From Lama guanicoe (taxonomy: Eukaryota): a stretch of DNA of 64,000 nt. The position numbers and the translations under genes are program-made. The stretch spans positions 826,370 to 890,369 of the forward strand of contig MU053513.1 of the NCBI GenBank assembly GCA_013239625.1, read 5' to 3'. This document shows, one piece after another, positions 12,601 to 25,209 of this stretch (position 1 is the first letter of the stretch; each line of letters starts with the position of its first letter). The notes below the pieces were generated by a model. That model saw only the letters and a list, made by a program, of their open reading frames with translations, did not search any database and was not told where the DNA came from.

Positions 12601-15600
12601 GCCTAAAATGACTCATAGTTAAAAGTATCAATACCCCACTTTCAATATCAGCAGTCTATATATTACAACATTTGTCTCTCTATATATTGATTATATATGT
12701 AAATGCACACATAGGTATATACATACATACTGGATTATTGTCAAGTACCTCATGAAGATGGCTCAGCAACCAGCTGAACTTCTGAATGGGTAGAATCCTG
12801 CCTAAGCAGGAATTTCTTTGTGGGATACTGAAAATAATAATATTCTTATATGTATATTTCAATATACATATATTTGAATGTCTTTGGTTATAATCAACTT
12901 TAATTTTTAATGCTTCCATCCTAACTTAAATATTCCCTATTAAGCACTCTCAATGTGCACTTTATTGAAAATATTTATGATGATTTATTTTGACCCCTAT
13001 TTCTACACTCACATGACATCTTATTTAGATCTTTTTCTTTGGCTGTCTCATTCAATAGTAAGAATAAAAGAGGTTGCATTGTACTAACAAATATATTCTC
13101 TTATGGATTTCTTTCTGCCAAATATTTTTTATTGTGAAGAGAAAGGTTACCTTTGGTTTAAAAAAAGAAAGAAAAAAGTATTTTATGTCAGCCATTTCTC
13201 AAATTTGCTCATTATAAATACATTTGAATGCATATTATATTATTAATTCATACAGTGCTATGGTAGGTAAGGTAGATTCCTTTTTCAACAATTGATATCT
13301 GCTTCTTTCCTTTATATAATAACTCTTAGTCTTAAATTAATTGAATTAATAGGGCACCACCCAAATTTCCTCTGACAGTTCTTTTTTTCTACTGCAAATG
13401 CACATTTCCTAGCTGTAAAAAAATAGGCTGTGCTTATCATCCACAATCACTTAACTGTGCATAAATGGTCACATAAGCAGCAGTCCCCACCCTTGAGATC
13501 TGGGCTTAGAATAAATCCTGGAAATAGTTTTATCAGGGAATATGAAAGCTGACATTTCTATAGTTAGCATGCTTATTCTTTAGTGGCGATAAAAAAAGGC
13601 CAAAAAAAAAAAAACTGATCTAATCATTCCAGTATTCCAAATTACATCATAGATAGTGACTCTTAAAATGAAAACATACTTCACAGACCTGTGCTGTAAG
13701 GTTTATATTCTGTGCTGTGACAAAGTATTTTGGGAGTGAAAATGACAGATGTGAGGAACATTAGCAAAATGAATAGTCACTTACTCCCACCAGATGAAGC
13801 ACTTTTATCACAGCAATTTATCATGAACCACATAGTGATTTAGGAAGAAATATTTGAACAACGGTATACATCGCAAAGGAAGTTAGCAAATTTCAAATTA
13901 TGACGATAAAACTGGTAAGCATTTTCATTACTTATTTTCACATTTTGAAATTAAGCTGCATCTTTTTGAAGGTGAAGGAATTAAAAAACACACAGTTATC
14001 GGAATATTTCAGATAAGAGTTAGAAAGGAAGGAAGTTTTATGTTGATTTAGTCACTAATTGCTTGCATATTTCACTCTACATTTGTACCCCTACATTTTG
14101 GGGGATCACTTGACTGATTTTGTGGGAAGTACTGATTCTTCCCACTGCCTGAGTCACTGGTCAAGATTTCCATCATTCCTACTCAAACATTTTAGAAATA
14201 ACTAAAACTTCTAAGTTCTAAGTCCAACTGCTTAAACAGTAGGGAATTTTTTTTATTATTTCTATTTGGTTGCATTTCATTATTCTTATTAGTATCTGCT
14301 GGTATTCAGGAAGAGTTGTTTGAAGGCCATGAGTGTCCAAAAAAATACCTCTATAGATAAATATACATAGCCAGTTTTAATAAATGACAAGATTCTGGAA
14401 TGGAAACATGCTTTGGTCAGGGAAAAACATCCCTCAGTTTCTCACTCATTTCATTAGACAAGATGACATCCTCCGCCAGGCTCTGGGCATGCAGAAATAT
14501 GAGAGACACAACCCAAGCTCAAAGGAGTTCACACCATATTGACAAGACAGTTAAGATTCAATTTGAATACACTATAGAGATGATGTCATAAAAGTATGTT
14601 TAATATCCTATGAAAGAAACATAAAGAGAGTACTTCAATCTAAGAGAAATCCTCAGAAAATGCTGCCCAGAGCAGGTGATCTAGAGACAAGAAAATCAGG
14701 ACATAGAAGGTCTCCCATGATGGAAACCAGCTCTTCCTCCGTCCATCCGGAGAGAGACATCTAGCCAGTCAGGTTACTTCCATGCTTCCCAGCAGTTATT
14801 GTTTTAGGAATGACTACACAAAGTGACACTAGACTGCATGAGAAGGAATCTGTATGCAGTAGGGTTCTAGAGAAGTTTGGGAGAAACCTAAAAATGCGCA
14901 CACAAAGACAGGCATTTCCTCTTTCAGCCTTTGCACATTACTGTGAGACAGAATGATACTAAGAGCTGCTGCAGTTTTGTTACCACTCCAAGGAGAAATA
15001 AGAGCAAACCTGGAGGAGGTCACTTAAGCTAAACACTGTCCGAGGCTTATTCAGTTACATTTTGCATCTGCAAGCAAAATGACTTAGACAGCTTTGCTAA
15101 GTGGTGGCCAAAAGAGGCAAACATAGGTGTAGGAATACAGATGCATATCCTAGTTACCTCACCATCAGCACAAGTAAAAGTCAATCAATGGGAGAGAGTG
15201 AGAGAGCAGACAGTTGGAAGAACCTATCCTTCTCTGATCTATTTCGTCCTAAAATTCCATTTTATGTGATTCACTCTCTTATGTCTTGATATAAAAACTT
15301 AAATATCCTTGCATATTCTGTACATTCTGTGCACTACCACATGGTGTAATACTGTAACAGGTCAGATGTGGAGAAGAGTGGTTGATGTTTGGGAGAGAGC
15401 TAGAACAAGGGATCTAGTCAAGGGTACAAATCAAACGAACGGCAGTAGGGCAAGTGAAGTTAGAACTGAGTCCAGATTTGCCTAGCTCATGATTTTATCT
15501 GGCTCTGGTCCTAAATACAGTCTTTGAGCTGAATTCAATTTCATTGTAGAAGGATACATTTTATATCTAAAATTGCTTCCTATTTCCTTATTAATCAAGT

Positions 15601-16769
15601 CTACTGTCAACAGAGAGCTAGTTAGAAGCATTCCAAGATAGAATTTGCAGTTCTTTTATGAAATAATGGTCACAAATGTCTGTCATTATTAAAAATTATT
15701 GCATGCAGGAATTGTGCTTGACGTATGCTATCTCATTTAGTGCTCATAGCAAAACTGTGAGATGAATGCAGTCTTTATACTCCTAGGTAAAACTAAGACT
15801 CAGTTAACCAAAACTACAGAATTTGTAAGTATCAAAACCCTGATTCAAATCCATTTCTGAATGCAAAGCCATTTCTCTTAACACTAGGTGTGATAGATGG
15901 CTCCTGGGAAGAAATATATCAGTAATTGATTACTGAGGGGGTGTGGCATCTCTTCACTTGATAGATAATTATTTCACTGTCTCATTTTTGAGTGTTAAAG
16001 CAATCTGTGGTGCTGTTTCTAGGCTTTTTTTTTAAAATCATGCAATCATATCAAATTTCCTTGCCAAGAAATGTTATCAGAGTTTTTTTTTTTCAACTGA
16101 GTACAGACTAAGTATTTGCAAGGGGTAGTAATTCATTTTAAAAATACCTGAAAGCACTCCTACAACAACTGACCACTAATTTCCTTCCAATTATACACAT
16201 TTCCAAAAATGAACACTTTAAAAGTTATGTTAGGATAGTAATATTAACAACCTCTCTTGAAATTTTACAGGAACCAGTGAGTTAATATTCACAGAGTACA
16301 TTGTCATTCCAAGTTTAAAGGCACTTAATTTAAAAAATATGTGGATCCTAATAAAAAGGTCCAGTGTGAAATTTATTGAACTAAAATCAAGTTGTTCTTT
16401 ACATGTAATTAATCATAGAACCTGTAATTGACGTGGACTAAAACAAATGCGGCTCATTGCAAGCCAGCCTCTCTGGGACAGCTCAACAGAGAACAAATTG
16501 TCTGAGGAACATCAGCCTGAAGAACACAACAGAAGTTAGCGTAAGTGTAAATGCTATAACTGCCATCATTTGCTATTTGATGGCTTCCTGCTGAGTGGAT
16601 ATAGTTATGATAAATGCTTTAAGAGTTTTAAAGAGAACATTATGGGTCAAGAGCATAGGAAAAATCAGGTACATGTTGTGATTTAAATAGTTCTAAAATA
16701 TAGACCCTCTTGCACTTGCAGCATACTTTGTTCACTCACAAATTTATTCTTTTGCTTTTATTTTATTCA

Positions 16770-18520
16770 GTATTTTCATTATGAAACTTTTGATATAGAT
16801 GGAAAATCATGTGCAAGTATAAACTAGCTATAAAGTATAGTGATAACAGACACCACTGTATGTATTATCTACTTCTCCTGTATCTCTTATTTTTGTCTCT
16901 CATCCGGTAGTAAACACTACCATGAAATTTTGAAATATGATTCCCTTGCTTTTAATGGCTTTGGCACACGTGTATCTACCCCGAACACTAAGTTAGCTTA
17001 CTTGTTTTTGAGATTTATAAAAGTGGCATCATCCATTACATCAGCTTTGGGGACTTGTTTTTTTCTCTCTCTATTATGTTTCGAAGACGTATTCATTAGG
17101 TTTCATTTTTTTTATTTTATTAATTTTCATTACTGAAAAATATTCCACCATGTGAATATACTTTAGTTATTTACCAGTTCTCCTCCCTATGTTCAGATAA
17201 GTTCTTTCCAAATTTTTTTCTTCCTGTTTGTTTGTTCTTGGTATTTCAAACAGAGCTACTCTGAATATTTTTATATCTGTCTCCCAGGACTCATGTGCAA
17301 CTGTTTCTCGGGTTATATATCTAGGAGTAGAATTGCCCAGGGGTAGATATCAGATTTGTTTTTTTGTTTGTTTGTTTTCCTGAATGGATAAACTAAGATG
17401 TAAAATTCCGCTTGGTCTACATCCACACCGACACCTGCTATCGTCAGGCTGCTTCCTTACTGCCAACCTATCCTTGTCCCAGTAAAGTTGGGACAATATA
17501 ATTTGGTTTCTAAAACTCTATTAAGATTTTGTTTCTAATTTAATTGAATCTATAGAACAGTTTATGGAGAGATGACAGGCTTACTTCTCTTTAGTCACTT
17601 AAATTTCCTGTAAAAATTTCCAGTAAAATTTTTATATTCACTCTACGGGTCTTCCAAACCATATTATATATTACCACATATTCTGTGGGGTTTGTTTATG
17701 ATGGTATTTTTAGTTGTAGCAAAAGGCAATTCTTCATATACATTGATCCTCTATCTAACCAGTCTGTCAATCTTTCTTATTTCTAATCACGTTATAAAAT
17801 AATATGTATATACAGGCTTTGCTTTTTTCAGCCCTAATATATTACATTTCTCTTTCTTACTCTGTTGGCCAGTTTTTCAGTACAATGTCTCAAAGAAGTA
17901 ACAATAGAAGTGAGTTTTTTCTTATCTTCCTTAAATGTTAATGCAAGTATTACTAATGTTTCCCATCAGGAGTGATATTTGCTGTAATCTAAACATATTT
18001 TATTCTAATATGCATTTTTTTAAATCAAGAATGAGTATTGGGTTTTATCTAATGATTCTTTTCTGTACCTGTTGGGGCCATCGTATTACTTCATTCTCTG
18101 TTACCGAGCTAATGTGATAAATTCACTTAAAGATTTTCTAAAGTTGTGTTGGGATAAATTTGGGATAAACTTAAACTGGTATTTTCTTACACACCCGTGT
18201 ATTTGACTGTTACTGTTCTTTTCAGTAGTGCCCTTGCTTACTTTTGGCTTTGATGTAATACAGGCATTATAAACTGGTCTGCCTCTTATCTCTATTCTGT
18301 ACTTACTGCCTACTTTACTTTTCTTTCTTTATTTGTATAAGATAATTAAAATTATATGTTCCTTGAAAGAATTCATCTATAAAATTATCTGAATTTGAAG
18401 TTTGCTCTGTGGAAAAACTTCTAAATACTATGAAAATTATTTCTGTTATGAAGTATGTTTTGGGGGGCAAATATTACCAATCAATTGGAATAAAATTATT
18501 TATAATACTATATTTACATT
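16770..18520 (-). mobile_element. Degraded ancient L1 (L1MC/ME-like) fragments
   Basis: T-rich antisense L1 3'UTR/ORF2-like motifs such as TATATCTAGGAGTAGAATTGC, TTGAATCTATAGA and CAGTACAATGT. Boundaries approximate. Confidence 0.6.
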
Positions 18521-18559
18521 TTTCTACTGTAAAAACATCGTTCTTGGCAATAATAGCAA

Positions 18560-18760
18560 GAGCTAACGCAAAGGGCTTACTCTAAGCTGTATTTGCTCTG
18601 CGTATAACTTATATAATTCTTGTAACAATCTCAGAGGAAATATATTATCATTATCCCCAATTTAAAGATGAAGAAACTGAGACCCAGAGAAGACTCTCCA
18701 GCTCATAAGTGGCAGAGGTGTAAGTCACATCAGACGGTTTTACTCCAGGGCCTGTGTCTA
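18560..18760 (-). mobile_element. MIR SINE
   Basis: MIR core ATTATCCCCAATTTAAAGATGAAGAAACTGAGACCCAGAGA. Confidence 0.75.
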
Positions 18761-19099
18761 CTGGAACTGCCTGCCCGTGTAGTCCTTTGTTTCGTATCTT
18801 TTGCCTTGCCTCAGAAAGGTTCTGGCTTTCCCTTTTTCCAGTTTAAAAATGCTGAGAAAAGTCTTCAACTGGATCAGGTTACCTAACCCCTACTCAACTA
18901 TGGTCAGGACGTCAGGGTCCACAGAAGCACAGCTGCCCCTATTCTCCCAGTGTGGCTGAAGTAGAATTAAAAGAACTTCCAAAATAGAGCTCTACTTGTA
19001 AAGAATCGTCAAGATTCCGGCTAGACAGAGGAGTTGGACTAGCAAAAATATCCGAATGACAGGAGCCATGCCATACTCAGAATTACAAGTGGGGCTTTG

Positions 19100-19658
19100 T
19101 GTGCAGTAAAGAATTTCACCTTGCCCCTAAAATGGCCTGGCATCTACCCTTGGATTCAGGGTGGTAATTCCGAAGTGTTTGGAATGTCTTGCCAGTGGAA
19201 AGTGTCTTTTCTTAACGTGGACGCCTTGGGCCACATCAAATAGACTATGCTAACAATGTGACTTACAGTGGGGACCTCAGGCCACACAGTATCAGCTCGA
19301 CCACCAAACGGACTGGGGAGTAAATTTAGCCACATAGGGAGCCAACCATCTCTGTGTGACCAAACCACAATAAAGTCTGTGGACACTAAGGCTCCTGTGA
19401 GTCTCCCTGTTAGGTAATGCTCCCTGCATATGTTCATACCACTGCTGGGAAGAGTTAACACTATCCATGGTTCCAGTGGAAAAAGACAACTAGATCAGTG
19501 TTTGAGACTCTCCTAAACTCAGCCTCATAGCGCTCTTCTCTTGGCTGATTTTAATCTGTAACCTTTCATTGTAATAAACTATAATGATGAGTTTAAATTT
19601 TCCAGTGAGTTCTGTGAATCCTTTTACTGAATTATCTTGGAAACCCCTGAACTCAACA
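19100..19658 (+). mobile_element. Solo LTR, MER21/MER77-group (ERVL)
   Basis: TG...CA ends. TGTGCAGTAAAGAATTTCACCTTGCCC start, CCTTGGGCCACA, CTATGCTAACAATGTGA, AATAAA signals and GTGAGTTCTGTGAATCCT match my recollection of this group. Confidence 0.7.
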
Positions 19659-19949
19659 TGGGGTTTCAGAAATAAGAGTAGACTTATGGACTGTTCCATA
19701 ACTTTGGAAATGACACAAATTTGTGCCTGATGCCCTGTTCTCACATGCCCAGTTTTCCATAGTGGATCTAATTCATTCCTCTGAATATGTATATCTGCAT
19801 GCATTATATACATAAATAGTATAAAAAATAAAATTGCTTGTTTAATGATCTTCCCTCCAAACCATGAACTCCAGAAGGCAATAATCTTATGTTTTGTTCA
19901 TTCACTGGGTCTTTATTCATTTACTATCCAAAGTTGATGGATTTTTTGT

Positions 19950-21010
19950 TTAACTGATTTGATCACTCAGTGACTACTTACCATTTGTTATATGCCAAGT
20001 ACTGCCCTTCATGCTATAGGTCCAACAGTACAGACTTTAAATTAAACTAAAGTCTCTACTCTCATGGATCTTACAATCTATCAGAAACATACATATTTGT
20101 ATATGTAAATATATGTATATGTATATATATATGTGTGTATATATATGTATTTTTGAGTGTGTATATATATATATACACAGTCAGAATAAATAATGAAAAT
20201 ACATAGTTTTTCAGATAGTGGTAAATACTGTGGGGGAAAAGCAATGAGAAATTCAGGGTTGTGGTTTTGAGTAATAAGGAAGGGTCTCATTTATAAGATA
20301 GCATTTCAACAAATTCTTGAAGCACCAAAGCAATGTAACAATGTTGAGCGGGTGACAGACAGACAAAGACTATAAGAACTAGGAGGAAACCATTTTAAAT
20401 GGGGGACTTGTAAGAATAAATTCCCCAAAGAGGCCAGTACCAACAGAGTTGAATGGGAAAGAGTGAGATCAGAATTACAGGAGGTGAAGTGAGGGAGGTA
20501 GAAGTGAGCAGAGATTATGTAAAGCCCTGTGTTCGGTGGAAGAACTTTGGCTTCAGTTCTGAACGGACATAGATTGTCATTAGATGGTTTTAAGCAGAGG
20601 AATGACATAATATGTATTTTAAGATCACTTTGACAGCTGTATTAAATACAGATTGTTTTAGGGTCAAAAGTGACAATAGAAACTCCAGTTAAGATATTAA
20701 TGGAGAAACCCAGGAGAGAGATAATGGTGGCTTGGACCAGGGTCAAGGGAAAAATAAAGTCATTCTAAATAGATTCTGAAGGTAGCACTCACAGAATTTG
20801 CTGCTGGGTTAAATTTGGGGTGTGTGAGAGTGGACTCAAGAGTGATTCCAAGGACAGTGTTTCGAGTAACAGTGAGGATGGCATCGTCCTTAGCTTCAAT
20901 GTGGACGTGAGCACAGTTTCAGATATTCTGTTTGGAGAAGCCGAGGAGAAGAGGAGACGTTTAGTTTTGGAAAATGTTTTAGGCATTCAAGTGACAAGTC
21001 CAAGCAAGTA
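19950..21010 (-). mobile_element. L2 LINE remnant (contains a TA/TG microsatellite)
   Basis: TATGCCAAGTACTG, GAACTTTGGCTTCAGTTCTGA, GGTTTTAAGCAGAGGAATGACATAAT and GATAATGGTGGCTTGGACCAGGG are characteristic antisense L2 motifs. Confidence 0.75.
20095..20178. repeat. (TA)n/(TG)n compound microsatellite
   Basis: Directly visible alternating TA/TG dinucleotides. Confidence 0.9.
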
Positions 21011-24000
21011 GTTCTAGGTGGTAGGAATAGAGCTGAAACACAAGTATAAACAACAAAGACATAAGCCTCATCAGGCTTCATTTTGTTCATTGTTTTGCCC
21101 CCATTACCTTGCATTGCTTTTAAGTGTAGTATTAATAAATATTCAGGTCATGAAGGAACAAATGCTTTATTATGAACAACTAAACTCCCACCCGAGTTTG
21201 CCTTTACGGGAGCTGTGCCATAGGAGAACTTGAGGATCGGGCCAGGGGTTTCCTCTGAAAGCAAAGCCAGATCTATTTGTTTCTGACCTCTATCCTTTCA
21301 GCAGCTTGGCTCCTGTAACATGTCTGATGCTGAACAGTGATATCCTTGTGAGTCAGTTAGGATATTAGTCAGAAAATAGCCCTCCAGATAAGTAAACAAG
21401 TTAAGTTGAACACTGTGCAGTTTCTTGAAGTAGAAACCACGTTATTTTCTGTAAAACAATAACCCTGATTTTTCCATAATTGATATTCAGATGGTTTTCT
21501 GACAATAATTGGCCAAGATATTTGGCTACTTCTTGTAGCCACTCCTGGAAAGAGGAAGTTTGTTTTCCTGTTGTTCTGACAGGAAGAGGTGGATCTACTT
21601 CATCAAAAATGCAGAACCAAGTTGTTAGGACACAAGCGAAAAAAAGATGAGCAAGTTAGTATACAGTGCTCTTTAAAGTTATGTGTCTACATATACAAAT
21701 TCATGTGTGCATTTGTGTGTGTGTGTCCATGTATTGAGTTTGCAATGCTGCGAACGTATCTCTCATTATGAATTACAGGCAAACCAATTTTAAAACACTG
21801 ATGTGACAAGTGAAACCTTGGGTTATGAGATGGAGCCCAGACAGTGCTACTCACCAGGAGATGAGTTGGACACATTTCACTCTTGCTAAGCCTGAGATCT
21901 TAATTTCTAAAATGGTGATGCACATTTAGCTCATGGAGTTGTCTTAAATGTACATGAATTTTTTACCACTAAATGCTTTAAAGTGGCTGGTACATAACAA
22001 ACATTTATGACACAGTAGTTATTAGTTATTCCTGTTAATACTATTGTATATGCAGTTTTGTATCTTTCTGTGCTTCACTTAGAACTTATTATACCATACT
22101 CATACCATACTAATCTTCCATGTCATTGAGTAGTTTCTATAAATAACATTTAAAATTGTATGTGTCATATTTATTGTGTTGAGTTATTCCAGTATTCATG
22201 ACTATTTTTAAGAATCAATACTCTGGTATTTTTCATTAACATTATGTCTTCATGTTGGCATTTTCAAAATCTGAAATTGGTATTATTTTTTTGTCCAAAT
22301 GATGATCACTATTATGCAATTTATGAGAAAAGACAAATCCATTACTAATATACAAGTCTAGCCAGTTCTGTGCAAGTGAGTCTAAGTAGGCAAATGCATT
22401 GTGATATTGCAAATCTTTTTCAAGAACGATTCTTACTACAAAGACATTCCAAATAAGTGAAATTGGAATGCAGCAGTATTGTAACTGTTATCTGGTAAGT
22501 CTACGTCAACACTTCCATTTATCCATGATAAAGTTAAAGAAAAGGACAAACCAGGAAACTGTTCTCTATAACAACAACAGAAAACATATATACATAATAT
22601 ATCACAGATTAGTTCTGGCATAGTTTCCCTAATTATTTCCTTTTGGTTGAGTTTTTAAATTGTTTCCAATATTTGAATGCTACCATTAAAGTGGCTGTAA
22701 ATATTTTGGTGCATAAAACTTGTCAAAATCAAGGCATGTTCGTTTTTATATTTTTAGACTGTAAGTAAAGAACTGGAACTACTGAGTCAAAAGGTAAGAA
22801 TATTTTTAAGGCTGTTGATGAACACTGAGAAATTGCTCTCCAAGTCAGTTTGGGTGTTTGTTCTTGTTCTGATTGTCTGTTTGTTTAACTAATTAATTAA
22901 CAACTGCAGAGAATCTGCAGTAGGAGGCCACATGTGTCAAGGCATTCCTAGCCAGTGTTGCTGTAATAACATCAACATGACAGATTTTACACGACAGATT
23001 TTCACAGTGGGCAGCAATGAGTAAGAAGAGTATGTAACTCCAAATTACATACTTATAGCTGCACATTAGTCCCTGAGAGAACTTATGGTCTGACTGGGCA
23101 CTCTACTTACATGTAGGTAGCAGCATTGAGGCAGAGCAAGGTAGGAGCCAAACGAAGGAAAATAAAGTTATGTGACACGGAGAATGGTGAAATTAAATTT
23201 CATAAACAATCACAAATCACAAAGCAAGGGGTGTCCCTCATCATTAGTGTGTGTTTATAAAAGGAAAAGACTTTAGACTAATCTTCTTCTGTTCTTTAAT
23301 GGACAGTTCCATTGAATCTCTATTTTATTTATAAATGAAAAATGTACTTTAAATTTTTCTTCATGTTTTCTCCCAAAAATTATTTCTCCTTGAATCTTAT
23401 CAATATCAACACATTTCTAAGATAATATGAATTTTTAAAAGAAAAAAGTGTATTTATAATCATGCAAAATCAATTTTGATATATAGCAAAAGATTTTGGA
23501 TGCTTGATATAAACTATAAAAAGAAAGACTTATTAGAAAGATAAAAATGTTTTCTTTTTTGACTCTTGTATCAAAAGCCACCAATATATGCAAGTGAGTA
23601 TTATCTAACAATTTCATTTGAGAGGAAAACCAGAACTGACAACTTTATTAAGCTATTAGGTCTAAATATTTCACTTACGATGTCAACCACTTAGAAACCA
23701 AAAGACTTTATCAATAAGCCACATTTGCTTCATTCTCAAAGCCCAGGATTGTGTTACAGAAGCACTGCATGATAGTTATAAATTAATAAAAAAATCCCAT
23801 TATCACTTACAGCACCCTGGGATGCTGTTATCATGTTACTGTGATAAATATTGCCTTATATTTAATGACTGTCTTCATAATCTATTAAAGTCACTATACC
23901 AACTCTCTAGAAATGTTTCAGTAACCCTTTGAGCAAAATCCTCATGGATTTCTTTGAAATCTTGAAGTTTTGTCATTATTTTTAATAGACTAAGCAAAAT

Positions 24001-24721
24001 GCATGGAGGATGGAGACATAAGCAGTTAAGCTACTTGGATCTAGGCATTGCCACACTGAGGAGCTTTCACGTGGCATTCGTGTTTTACTCAGGAACGATC
24101 TCTTTAATTTAATTTACAACTTATGAATCTCTCATAATAAGCTAATACTGCTCAGAGACTTGAGATGAAGGGAGATCTAACATTAAAGATATTATCTCAT
24201 AATAAATATCGAGAAAACATTTAGTTTGCCCTAATTTTGTTTTACTCCCTGGACACAAGGGAAAATATAATTTCAAAATAAAGATTCTAATTTTGGATAT
24301 TTTTGTGATACTCAGGTATGAAAAGAAATCATGCTTTCAAAAACTTACTCTATCTGCGTCTATGTAGAAATATATATACACACACATATATGCACATAGA
24401 TACATGTACACATATGTATGTATTCATGTGTGTATACCTGGGTGTAATTCCCTAAACTGCAGTTCAGGGCCATGTGGTAGTCCTGATTTATCCTGATGTT
24501 CTCACTTCATTCCTGAGCCTTAATTTTCCTTAGCTGACATTCTCTGACCATTACCTCCTGGGAGTCAAGAATAAATTAGGTGGAAGCCCGGCATTGTTTC
24601 GGTACCAAAAATCCACTTGCCAACGGCCATGGCAGCCATGCCTTTATCCGGGTGTATCAATCACAACTCTGTCCTTGTCTCTAGCTTTCTCAAATCTAAA
24701 TCATTGCTAGTCAAAAACACT

Positions 24722-25209
24722 GTCAGTTGAGTTTAGGTTTATCTATGCGTAAGAGTAAATCCCAAAATAGCAATGGCTCAAACAAGACAGCAGGTTATTT
24801 TTCTTACATTAAAGGCGAGAGGTGGCCAATTCTGCCAGTGCTGGGAGGCGGCACGCGATCGACAGTCCTCAGGGGTGATTCTGCTTTGTGGCTCCACCAG
24901 AAGAGGCTGCAGCTCTTTCTCTCAGCCCTGGATGACTGCTGGCATTCTAGGTTGTGACTTTTACCACTGTATCATGAGCAGCAGGATGGAAGAACCGGGG
25001 AGAAGAATCAGTCTATTTAAAGGGGGTTTCTAGAAGTCAAACCCAAACTTGTGCTTGCGCCTCGATGGCCAGTACTTCGTCTTGGCACTCCCAGCTGCAG
25101 GGAAGGCTAGAAAATAGTGGGCCAGGTTCACAGCTTAGAACACAGGCTACTATTATTAGGAAGGACAGACAAAATATTCGTTGAGAAGCCACGAGAAATC
25201 CCTGTCACA
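24722..25209 (-). mobile_element. Old MaLR solo LTR (MLT1J/K-like)
   Basis: TGTCAGTT...AATGGCTCAAACAAGACAG...GATGGCCAGTACT...CCCAGCTGCAGGGAAGGCTAGAAAATAG...TGTCACA. Confidence 0.6.

Noticed and set aside
16255..16546. Possible non-coding exon (TTTTACAG| at 16270, GC|GTAAGT at 16540)
   Set aside because: Such splice-like pairs arise often by chance in 64 kb; there is no ORF or other support.
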